Assembly: GCF_025612915.1 (NCBI RefSeq)
Contig: NC_069115.1
Coordinates: 25,599,757 to 25,663,756, forward strand
Length of the DNA stretch: 64,000 bases
Origin: Crassostrea angulata
Lineage: Eukaryota
Direction: 5' to 3'
In this document: piece by piece, positions 53,822 to 63,539 of the stretch
Numbering within the stretch: the first letter of the stretch is position 1
How the letters are laid out: each line of letters opens with the position of its first letter
Made by a program: the position numbers and the translations under genes
The notes under the pieces: generated by a model
Told to the model about the DNA's origin: nothing
The model's database searches: none
What the model saw: the letters and a program-made list of their open reading frames with translations, nothing else

Positions 53822-55335
53822 TACCGGTGTCATATAATATTTTGAACCCCGCGATATATTGAACCCGGGTTCAAAATATCGCTGCGATATATTGAACCCC
53901 CCCCCCTCCCCATAAAATATTGAACCCGGGTTCAATATTTTATGGCCGCGATATTTTGAAACCCTCCCCTCTATTTTCATTGCTTTTGGAGAGGGGGTTC
54001 AAAATGTTATGGCTGCGAGATATTGAACCCCCTACCTATTTCTAATTCCCATTGGAGAGGGGGTTCAAAATATTATGGCCGCGATGTATTGAACCCCCTA
54101 CCTTTTTCCAATTCCCATTGGAGAGGGGGTTCAAAATATTATGGCCGCGATATTTTGAACCCCCCTCTTTTTTCATTGGTATTGGAGAGGGGGTTCAAAA
54201 TATTATGGCCGCGATATTTTGACCCCCCCCCCTCTCTATTTTCATTGCTTTTGGAGAGGGGGTTCAAAATATTATGGGCGCGATATTTTGAACCCCCTAC
54301 CTCTTTCCAATTCCCATTGGAGAGGGGGTTCAAAATATTATGACCGCGATATTTTGAACCCCCCTCTATTTGTCATTGCTATTGGAGAGGGGGTTCAAAA
54401 TATTATGGCAGCAATATATTGAACCCCCTACCTATTTCCAATTCCCATTAGAGAGGGGGTTCAAAATATAATGGCCGCTATATTTTGAACCCCCCTCTAT
54501 TTTTCATTGCTACTGGAGAGGGGGTTCAAAATATTATGGCTGCGATATATTGAACCCCCAACCTATTTCCAATTCCCATTGGAGAGGGGGTTCAAAATAT
54601 TATGGCCGCGATATTTTGAACCCCCCTCTATTTCTCATTGCTATTGGAGAGGGGGTTCAAAATATTATGGCTGCGATATATTGAACCCCCAACCTATTTC
54701 CAATTCCCATTGGAAGGGGGTTCAAAATATTATGGCCGCGATATTTTGAACCCCCCCCCCCTTTATTTTTTATTGCTTTTGGAGAGGGGGTTCAAAATGT
54801 ATAATGGCTGCGATATATTGAACCCCCTAACTCTATGTGTATTTCTAATTCCCATTGGAGAAGGGGTTCAAAATATTATGGCCGCGATATTTTGAACCCC
54901 CCTCTATTTTTCATTGCTATTGGAGAGGGGGTTCAAAATATTATGGCTGCGATATATTGAACCCCAACCTATTTCCAATTCCCTTTGGAGAGGGGGTTCA
55001 AAATATCGCGGCCATAATATTTTGAACCCCTTCTCCAAATGGAATTGGAAATAAGTAGGGGGTTCAATATATCGCAGTCATAATATTTTGAACCCCTTCT
55101 CTAATAGCAATAGAAAATAGAGGGGGGTTCAAAATATCGCAGCCATAATATTCTGAACCCCCTCTCCAAAGGGAATTGGAAATAAGTAGGGGGTTCGATA
55201 TTTTAGGGGGGGGGGGGTTCAATATATCGCAGCGATTTTTTGAACCCGGGTTCATAATATCGCATAATATATTGAACCCGGGTTCAATATTTCGCAGTAT
55301 CAAAATATTATATGACACCGGGTTAACCCGGCACC
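53822..55335. repeat. Foldback satellite: 65-bp monomers in a 131-bp higher-order A/B repeat (about 10 copies, direct) followed by a short inverted arm (55010-55335); monomers contain an internal 12-bp inverted repeat
   Basis: Monomer GGTTCAAAATAT-TATGGCCGCG-ATATTTTGAACC.... The outer ends CCGGTGTCATATAATATTTTGAACC (53825) and GGTTCAATATTTCGCAGTATCAAAATATTATATGACACCGG (55320) are inverted. The ORFs 54023-55436 are artefacts. Confidence 0.8.
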
Positions 55336-55339
55336 TGGT

Positions 55340-55445
55340 GAACTTAGTCTCGTTCAACCAGACGCTCGGCTGTCTCCGTAAAACTCCGACGAGCAGAGAG
55401 TCGGAGATTTACGGAGACAGCCGAGCGTCTGGTTGAACGAGACTA
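55340..55445. repeat. Standalone perfect hairpin module (37-bp stems AGTCTCGTTCAACCAGACGCTCGGCTGTCTCCGTAAA, palindromic loop)
   Basis: Read directly. Diverged copies of the same module are internal to MITE A (27030-27110) and MITE B (58680-58800). Confidence 0.8.
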
Positions 55446-57386
55446 CTGGTGAACTCGGCACCGAGAATAGTGAACTCGGCAGCCGGTTAACTCGGCATCT
55501 GGTGAATTCGGCATTTGTATATTATTCATTTATCTCTTTGTTTCTCATTCTAGACACACATTTTTGAAAAAATTGAATTTGTTACACAATGTACGACTGC
55601 ACCTTTATCATGGAAATGTCTGTTTATGAAGAAAGGTGAGTTTTTCAATGTAACTTATTACTTACGACCACATTTATCAACAGATACGAAATAATTCACT
55701 AGCTACTGGCTTAACATATATTTTGAATTGAATGAATTGATATAATTTATGTAAGAATTTATCTTTCTATGAAAATTTTATGAACATTTGCACATTTGGT
55801 TGTTATCGGTCCAGTCTAGTTTCATCTTGGCGAGATGATCTTCACATTCATCAATGAGCATATCAGAGGCGCTCCCCCAGCTAATTACGGAGAAAATAGG
55901 CCTAGTTAAAAGATGAATTGAGACAATTAATCCATATAACCATATTATTGCTAAATGTAGTAAAAATACTTACAATAATTACTATAGGCAGAAATAATTA
56001 AAGGAGACGGATTGAATATCAGAAATGATTAGTTTGTGGTTTTTAAATTATTTTCTTATCATGTTCTTAAGGTATCCCACTCCTCAATCTTCTTGTATCA
56101 AGAACTTCTTGAGAAGTATTCTATTGAAATCTGTAGACAAAACACACTTAAATAATACAAAGATAATGGGAGGTCAGTGTTCATCCCTCTGAGTTATGGT
56201 CAAATAAATTTGACCTTTTTGCACCTAAAATGCGATTTCAGCCTGATTAGGATTTGTTTCAGAATTTTCGATTAAGCAAACTCTTTTTTTTTTAAATGTT
56301 GCTTTTAATTATGTACAATGGTCACACTGAATAGAGGGATTACGAAAAAAAAAATTGCATGAACTGCATAAATGTTTGTATGACCTTTTTGCACTTAAAA
56401 TAGACAATTTTTATAATAGTTTTGAATATCAAGAATTTTAGAAGATTAATCCAGTTTGCCTACATATGTATTCAGTATCATTTTGACATAATAAAACATG
56501 GGGGTCAGTGATTTCAAATTTTAGATACATGGCTTCAAAGGTAAAATTATTGCAAAATTTGGCTTCAAAAAATTTAGACATTTTCTATATATTTGCATGA
56601 TTTTATGCTAAACGTCTACCACTCTCTCAAAATTTAGTTTAGTACAAGTCATAGAGAACCTATAGAACATGTCACAAACCTATCAAATGTTAAAAATGAG
56701 AATAATGAATAAAGTATTATAAAAAGAAAAGTATATTGAAAATTCATAAAATTGCTTGTTTCTGTCATTTTCGACTTAAAAACCTTCCGCACGAGAAAAT
56801 AGTTCCCCCCAAAACTTGTTCGTTTCTTGAATTCAAATGGATTTTCTTTACGAATGTTGTGTAATTATGAAATGATGATCTTTTTGTGAGGTTTAAATTA
56901 ATAAAATCATATTCATTTAAAATATAATGAACATCTGCGCAATGAAATCAAAACATGAGGAGTGATATACCTTAATTTCTTGCATTGTAGTATGTTTACT
57001 ACATTTTGTTTACCATTAAGGAGCAACTTTTTCACTTGCCACTGAAATTATTGATACTGTGTGAACTAAATTGCTTGTAGTTGTATTCAATTATTTACTC
57101 ATTTTGTAATTTTGTCTAAATTAAATTTAATTCATTAAAATCCTTTCAAGAACAACAACGATTATTATATTCTTAGCTACATCCACCTTTTTATTCATTA
57201 TGAATTTTAAACATAGGCAAAAAAATCTTTAACATGATACAACCAGTTTTTTGCATTATGTTTTTCGACTCAGTCATAAAGTGTTTAGTAGCAATGTTGA
57301 ATAATACAATTATTATGGTACAGTATTTTTTTTTACCAGAACTTAACTATATTGAACATTCTTTGGTACAGCAGAGGACAGCGTCC

Positions 57387-57602
57387 TTATTCAAGTTGAC
57401 CTTTTAACTCCCAAGATATGTTTACAAAAATCAAGATGAAGTTTCTCAATATATTAGGTGCTTTGAATGAACCCCATACCTCAGAAGCATAGTTAATGAC
57501 ACTGCCAACAAAGCAATCAAACAATGATAGCAAAGTATTATGATTAAGAAACATGTTTCTAATATTTTTTTTCAATACAAATAATGCCTTCCTACCTTGC
57601 AA
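57387..57602 (-). pseudogene. Non-LTR retrotransposon reverse-transcriptase C-terminal fragment
   Basis: The ORF contains ...TLLSLFDCFVGSVINYASEVWGSFKAPNILRNF.. This resembles the C-terminal 'LY.S.VRP.LEYAS.VW' motif of jockey/CR1/RTE-like ORF2 proteins. No upstream RT domains are present. Confidence 0.35.
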
Positions 57603-57719
57603 ACATACTTAATAAATAAATAATAACAAATAACAAACATACTTATTTTTACATTACAAGATGCACAATTTACGAAGGGGGACACAAGTGTCACGATATC
57701 AATATGAATCACATGTTCA

Positions 57720-58222
57720 AAGTTGGTGGTCCATAAATGGCAGCACGGCCCTTTAACAGTTCACTCGTGCTGATCGATCTTTCACAGTAGTCGTTCCAGA
57801 GCTTGAAGACATGACCTTCCACCTGTAAGGTCCTCTACCTTTGGAATCTCTGCATCTTCCCTTCAGACACCATCTTCATCTGCACTGTGATGTTGGTCGC
57901 TTCCCTGTGCAGAACAAGAAGAAGATGGTAGAAGGGAACCAATCCCCTGGTGGCAACACTGGTGTTTAGGCGGTTGTGCTATCCCTCCACATCATTGTTC
58001 ATCCGGATGGAAGTCATGAACACACTCCAGTGATCGATCTTGAAGACTGAAGAACGGATCCACGTCCTGTAAACAAAGTCCATCACTGGAGCAAGAACCT
58101 CTGGTGCACGACCATCCAGACGTAGGAAGGTCTCCTCAATGTGCTCAGGTGGGAGGATCAAATGGCAGGGCCAGGAGTTGGCGCACGAACTTGTAGACTG
58201 AGTGCTTCTTGTTATAGGCAGT
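57720..58222 (-). pseudogene. IS4EU/ISL2EU-like DDE transposase, 3' exon; the invariant W of the EGWH motif is replaced by a stop
   Basis: Acceptor TTCTTACAG|ACT. Encoded: ..LAPVMDFVYRTWIRSSVFKIDHWSVFMTSIRMNNDVEG*HNRLN..HLLLVLHREATNIT... This matches ...Y..TWIG...W.VY...RTNN.VEGWH..LN. The TAG at 57979-57981 sits where TGG is expected. Confidence 0.6.
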
Positions 58223-58425
58223 CTGTAAGAAATAAACATGTATGAGTATTTGTACCTTGAATAAAAATACTAGTACCATTTAATTCATTCATGGACAACA
58301 GCATTGCCATACCAAATTGCTAAAAACCAATTGCTTACATATTAAACCTAATAAATGCTATTTGTGCTGATAACAAATTTGTCTCAGTATATTTTCATTT
58401 TGCAAAGAAATACTGATTTTTTATT

Positions 58426-59057
58426 GGGAGTTGATTTTAATCAACTCTCCTATGCAGTTACTCTGGCAAACCGAAAGTGAAACAGTGTCTGGACCTATAA
58501 GCACAAGACTTAGTTCTTGAAAATAATAGAAAAGTTCAAAGTAATGTATGCTGAACCATTGTTTTTTAAGGAAACTTATCAATAAAACACTTTGAAAAAA
58601 GTCAGATTTTATATAATACGAAAAACTAAGATATTTTTATAGTCTCGTGTATTCCTACGCCAGAGTTAAATATAGCCTCGTTAAACCAAACGCTCGGCTG
58701 TCTCCGTAAATCTACGAGAAGCAGAAAGGCTCTCTTGCTTGTCGGAGATTAACGGAGACAGCCGAGAGTCTGGTTGAACGCGACTAGAGTTCGATATCAA
58801 TAGTGCTTGGATCCCTAACATTTTTAGAATTGCTTTAATTACTTATACATAGTTTGAAATCTATCTTTAAATATTGCACATGATTCATATGAGGTTTCTC
58901 GAAATTCTTGTCAGAAAAGTCTAAAATTCATTTAATAAAAAACTGTGTAATTCAAATACAGACTAGAAACTAATTGTCATGCAAGATAAGCTGATTTTAA
59001 AATAAATGATCATCGATAAAATCAACTCCCGTCAGTACTTCAGTACTTTGATTATTG
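58426..59057. mobile_element. MITE copy B (same family as 26288-27393) inside the transposase intron
   Basis: TIRs GGGAGTTGATTTTAATCAACTCTCC ... AAAATCAACTCCCGTCAGTACTTCAGTACTTTGATTATT. An internal hairpin module lies at 58680-58800. Confidence 0.65.
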
Positions 59058-59171
59058 ATGTATAGAAATCAAACAATATAACGTTTAATTTATGTTGATA
59101 AATACTGAATTATTAACTAAGTTTTACCAGTAGGAAATATTGCATTCAAGTGCATTAGAATTTACATTTAC

Positions 59172-59350
59172 CTGAAGTCCGTGCTCCTGGACTTTCCTAA
59201 CACCACCTGTGTCCAGTGGAACACACAGCCTTGGATGGGTGTTCCAGGGAACCGGTCCTTTAAGGCCTTCCACAGGGCTACTTCAAAATCTGCAATAAAT
59301 CCCTCCAAAGCAATGCTTTCTGGGAGTTGATGGTCAATGAACCGCAGCAC
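59172..59350 (-). pseudogene. IS4EU/ISL2EU-like DDE transposase, upstream exon (..FIADFEVALWKALKDRFPGTPIQGCVFHWTQVV..)
   Basis: Acceptor TGTTACAG|GTG and donor TTCAG|GTAAATGT. It contains the DFE...FP...GC.FH..Q signature of this transposase superfamily. The phase (ends on AG) matches the downstream exon starting with A. Confidence 0.6.
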
Positions 59351-59534
59351 CTGTAACATGCAACAAATATATATAGCCTCAACTTATAAGGTGTGTATAT
59401 AATTATATTGTGTATTGTTATAGAAGAAATACATATTGTCATCTTTATCAGCCTTGGTGGGAACTTTGCATAGCTCTATCCAGATTAAAGAGCATCGTAA
59501 ATATTGGTTTTGCAAAAGGTACAATCAGAGACAT

Positions 59535-59620
59535 TACCTGGTAGTAATCCGCGTCGGTTGACAATGGTTTTCTCAGGGTGTCAATTTCCACTGTTATCCT
59601 CCCAAACAGGCACTATATAT
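59535..59620. mobile_element. Partial copy (one arm) of the 123-bp palindromic MITE seen at 4188-4310
   Basis: CGCGTCGGTTGACAATGGTTTTCTCAGGGTGTCAATTTCCACTGTTATCCTCCCAAACAGGCACTAT matches the right half of 4188-4310. Confidence 0.45.
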
Positions 59621-59889
59621 ATATTGCTTAATTATTACATGTATTTGTTACGATATAAAAAAAAAAGAAGAAAGTTTTGGCGATTTTACCAACAAACTTA
59701 CTGAATACTTTTTTACAAAGGTGAAATTTCGCTATGTTTGCAATTTATCAAATTCCAAAGTTCCTAATATTGTGAAATAAAATATATTGTGGTTGGTAAT
59801 TTTTCACAATTTGTCTAGGTAACAGATCATATACAGAGGGTTCCGCTGAGGGTTTTCAGATAGAAAATGTGTGAAATGATTGTTTTAGT

Positions 59890-60180
59890 TTATTGTTTTT
59901 CGTCTTGATTTTCGGTTGGTCGGCCTGCTCTTCTAACCCCCCCCCCCCCCCGCACACTCTTTCAAAATACGATGTTTGCGCTAGCCTGTAGAGATGCATT
60001 CGTTCGAAATGCCATGCTTTCATGAAAAAAAATATGTATGTACACGCAGTGGGTATTGGTATCTTACCAGGCACCGACGGTCATCAATCAGGCAGCTGTA
60101 CCTGTCATGCAGGATGTTTGATCGACGACAATCATTTAAATATCTCAACAAAACAGATTTGTTGTATAAAATAGATACCG
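59890..60180 (+). repeat. Repeat family C, copy 2 (begins after a C16 tract)
   Basis: Collinear with 16440-16720. Confidence 0.5.
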
Positions 60181-61196
60181 GTATTATAGGGTTAATAGGA
60201 ATGACAGCATTGAAAATAGAGCTCAGTGCTTTTAAATGTAGATTTCATCGAAATTTGCAATTGAATTTGTCTTTGGTTTAAAATAAGAGATCCCTTTTCT
60301 TTTAAGTCTTTTAGGAGACAGCTTAAACAATTTTTTGTTTTACAATTAGAACCATTATAACACGAGCTTGGGTTTTCGGTAGGAGGTGACTATCTTGTTT
60401 GCGCAGCAAAACAAGCTGTCAAATACTGACATCGCTGATAGAACTAGCTACTCAATATTCATAAACTGACGAAACCTTCAACGCTTTTTTAAGTAATCAA
60501 AATTTTATTCCACATTCATTTCTACTTGGAAAATACAAAACAAAACAAAATAAACTCGGAAAAGGTACAGACTCCCGTATTTAGATCATAATTTATCTTT
60601 TCTTCGGTGGAAGGCACTGTGGAGATTCTAAAATTAAAAAAAAACAAGTCTTTAGTAAATTTATACGACTGAGATCTTTCATAGGCGTTAGTAAATAAGA
60701 AGTGTAGATTCCTGTGTTGATTTAGCGAAAAAATAAATTAGAGAATTGCCAGACCGTTGATTTAATAAAAAAATTGACTGATTGCTGTATTTAATAACCG
60801 GTTCTGACTGGTTTGATTTTGATCTAGCTGCAGGTCTGTAGCACCCAGTCTGAAAAAATAGGATGCATGACCTAGGAGGTAGTTTTTACGTGTTAAAAAC
60901 TTATAATTTACGGAGCACATAAACTTTCTATGATTTACCTTATTTTTACGCGAATTCTGTGAAAACAAAATAGCATCATTAAATTCTTCAAACAATTTAC
61001 TACAATTTATTACAATTTATTACAATTTTGAAACGAATTAATACACGGAATGTGTACGAAAATAAGATTAATCACATAATTATACCAAATTTTTGTGCGC
61101 CATATTAAATTGCAAGTTTTTAACACATAAGAAACTGTCAGAGGCGAGCGCCCAGGTTGTTCATCCGAATTTTGTCAGACCAGGAGCTATAAACCA

Positions 61197-61218
61197 TCTC
61201 TCTCTCTCTCTCTCTCTT
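61197..61218. repeat. (CT)n microsatellite
   Basis: CTCTCT... run, read on the minus strand as GAGAGA (the ERERER tail of the ORF). Confidence 0.85.
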
Positions 61219-61266
61219 GCAAACAGCAAACGTAAATTTTACAAAGATCTAAATTAAGTGTCTTAC

Positions 61267-61606
61267 CAGATAATCGCGGGAATTTCACTGCCATTAGCGA
61301 GTTGTATTCCAGTAGTCTCCCCGCTGGATTTGTTGAAGTACTCGCTATGGGAGATTGGGGGGCGTTGGCTTTGTCGTATCCTGCTATAATGTTTTCGAAT
61401 AGGGTGGATACTATTTCCAACTCCGCGGGGACTTTTCCTTTAAAATGCTTCTCAAGCTTTGCTAAATCAACGTTAACTGCAGCCGATTTAGGAATCACCC
61501 ATTCTGCCGTTGGTATAAGATATTTATTTTTGTTGCCATTTATGAGGTGTGTTCTTACTCTTTGTAAAAAGGACTGGGATGCACTGTTTTTCGCTTTTAG
61601 TCTCAT
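61267..61606 (-). CDS. Probable downstream coding exon of the same gene (ends at strong donor G|GTAAGA at 61267)
   Basis: A long open frame directly 3' of the first ORF, in a different frame. It is compatible with a short intron (candidate donor AG|GTATTG near 61824; the acceptor is uncertain). Read-through beyond 61267 runs into the (GA)n microsatellite. Confidence 0.25.
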
Positions 61607-61716
61607 TTCATATTCGTCTCTTTTATGTGACAATTCATTCACGTTCAAGCTTTTTTAGAGTATCGGCAGCGGAATCCACAATCAATTTTTGATCGGGATG
61701 TTTAATTGTTCAAATC

Positions 61717-62415
61717 TCAACATTGTTCAGAGGTAACGCATTTGTCGATTCGACATTGTCGAATATTGTGATCCAGTCGCAAATGACAGTTCGAGCACTG
61801 TTTCCATCGGCCCTGAACAACTGCACAATACCTATCCGTGAGTTCTGTCAGGCGCTCCTTGGCAGACTGGACTTGTACCCCCAACTGGTTCATTTCCTCC
61901 TCAATGTATTGAAGGGAATAATCAAGGGGGGATTTATATTCGAAGAAGTCAAACATACTTGCTTCAGAATCTTGTGACAATGTTGGGAAATCCAAGCCTT
62001 TTCTCGCTTGCGGTCCCGGATCTTGCTCAACATTTACGCACTTAGATTTAGACCTGTCGTCCGATATTCCAACTTTGTTTCCGGCTGGCGAAGAACCCTC
62101 AGTTACTTTAAGATTAACAACAGCGCGATCACAAATCTGAATTGATCTTACTTGTCGAATGAATTTCTTGAAATTGGTTTCCATCATATCAATAAAGTCA
62201 TTTTCATCATCCTTGTACATGATGCGCAAGACCGGCATCCGTCCCAGGTATCTTATCTGTGACTGAATAAGTCCTTCCAGGCCAACATACCCAAGGGATA
62301 GTAGTTCACGCAATGAAACTCCAATCATGGTGCATCTTTTTTCTCCGTAATAGTCGTAATGTATCTTAAAATCAATCTCTCGGTAATCATCGGACACAAT
62401 TTTTGATGACGACAT
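61717..62415 (-). CDS. Candidate host gene: protein with an N-terminal PB1-like domain (first coding exon, ATG at 62415-62413)
   Basis: MSSSKIVSDDYREIDFKIHYDYYGEKRCTMIGVSLRELL...VLRIMYKDDENDFIDMMETNFKKFI fits the PB1 pattern (conserved Lys in the first strand plus the acidic YKDEDGD-like OPCA motif). No repeat copies of this region occur elsewhere in the window. A C-x2-C-x5-H-x4-C segment lies near the C-terminus. Confidence 0.4.
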   Translation of the reverse strand: MSSSKIVSDDYREIDFKIHYDYYGEKRCTMIGVSLRELLSLGYVGLEGLIQSQIRYLGRMPVLRIMYKDDENDFIDMMETNFKKFIRQVRSIQICDRAVVNLKVTEGSSPAGNKVGISDDRSKSKCVNVEQDPGPQARKGLDFPTLSQDSEASMFDFFEYKSPLDYSLQYIEEEMNQLGVQVQSAKERLTELTDRYCAVVQGRWKQCSNCHLRLDHNIRQCRIDKCVTSEQC

Positions 62416-62494
62416 TTTCAATCTTGACTGATCTCCAGGACCGATCGAAATGTTTTGCGCGCTAAAAGTTCGTTGAAGTTACGCGCTTGATATC

Positions 62495-62530
62495 ACCAAC
62501 CAATCAAATTTCTCTTGATATATACACGAG
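62495..62530 (-). promoter_or_regulatory. Possible core promoter elements (TATATAT and an inverted CCAAT/ATTGG box) upstream of the PB1-domain gene
   Basis: Minus strand: CGTGTATATATCAAGAGAAATTTGATTGGTTGG lies about 80-110 nt 5' of the ATG. Motif-level evidence only. Confidence 0.15.
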
Positions 62531-63539
62531 CAAAAATACATGTAGATTTCCAGTGAGAGCTAGACGTGAGTACATAAATGTGTTTTGCATCGTATGTACA
62601 GTTAATTAATTTACTTTATATATGTACATACTGTTTAGAGATGGATCTATATTGATTCTGTAAAATATTATTTTGGGGTATGAGATGAATCATGAAAATA
62701 TACAACTATTTGATCTAATCCTAATTTTCATAATGAAATAAAAGCCAGAAAATTTTGTTGTCATTCCGTCCACCCCCCCCCCCCCCCGAAAACCAAAAAA
62801 CTAGCACTGATTCGCTTTGGTTCCGCACAGATCGCCAACATGGTCTAATCACGAATGATATTTATGATGTTTGATCAATGATTTAATTTAGACCTATGTC
62901 AGGATATATTAATTAAATGGAAGAGGGACACTCATACCCCCTATCAGGCAAATTAGGTACCCTAAGAATCGTTTGATAGAAGAATCCATTGTTACGAATT
63001 TCAATTTGGGATTTTTTTTTATCAGTTTATTAACTCTATTATTCTGTTTTTGCTAATGGATATTTGTTTCTTTATGTTTAATCAAATAGATATCTTAAGT
63101 TGATAAAAAAAATTTGAGGGTAGTTGCCCCCCCCCCCCCCCCCCAAATCGTGTATTATCTTAGAAAAAAAATTCGGTTAGTCTAAACCACAGAGCAAATG
63201 AAGTTTTTAATATATTGTACATAGATCCATAAATGCTTTACGTATACATGTAGTCTATAGATCTCTTAGATTATATTAATTATAAATTATAATGATGTAG
63301 TGCGTAGATTGGTGTCAGTTAAAAAAATAGATATATTTTTTAAATTGACGTAGTATAAGGCTAGCATTTTATTTGAAAAGAAGATAGATATACATGTATA
63401 TAAAAACATAATTTTATCGTCTTTTTAAATATATTTTTTTCTTCTTTCAGATCTGCATGTACAGTTTATTTTTAAATAGATTCCTTAAGCAAACAATGGA
63501 GATTGAATATTAATGGAAAATCTCTTTTTAGAGACATGA

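Larger units (their letters stand above)
46990..53830. repeat. Complex cluster of R5 ((CCATTTGGGT)n-core) and R6 (~190-bp) repeats in mixed orientations, including a ~450-bp inverted duplication (47340-47760 vs 52320-52770)
   Basis: R5 cores lie at 47040-47170 (+), 47860-47985 (-), 48896-49070 (+), 52030-52140 (-)/52140-52260 (+) head-to-head, and 53690-53830 (-). All end with GGTAAATCGACGCACCC or its reverse complement. Confidence 0.6.

Noticed and set aside
54023-55436. Cluster of overlapping 64-106-aa ORFs on both strands
   Set aside because: They lie inside the 65/131-bp foldback satellite. The repeated peptide (LERGFKILW.RYFEPP) simply mirrors the DNA repeat.
59360-59500. Read-through ORF upstream of the transposase exon
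   Set aside because: The frame is open, but the translation is AT-rich low-complexity sequence (..ISSITIHNIIIYTPYKL..) and a good acceptor (TGTTACAG|) marks the true exon start at 59350.
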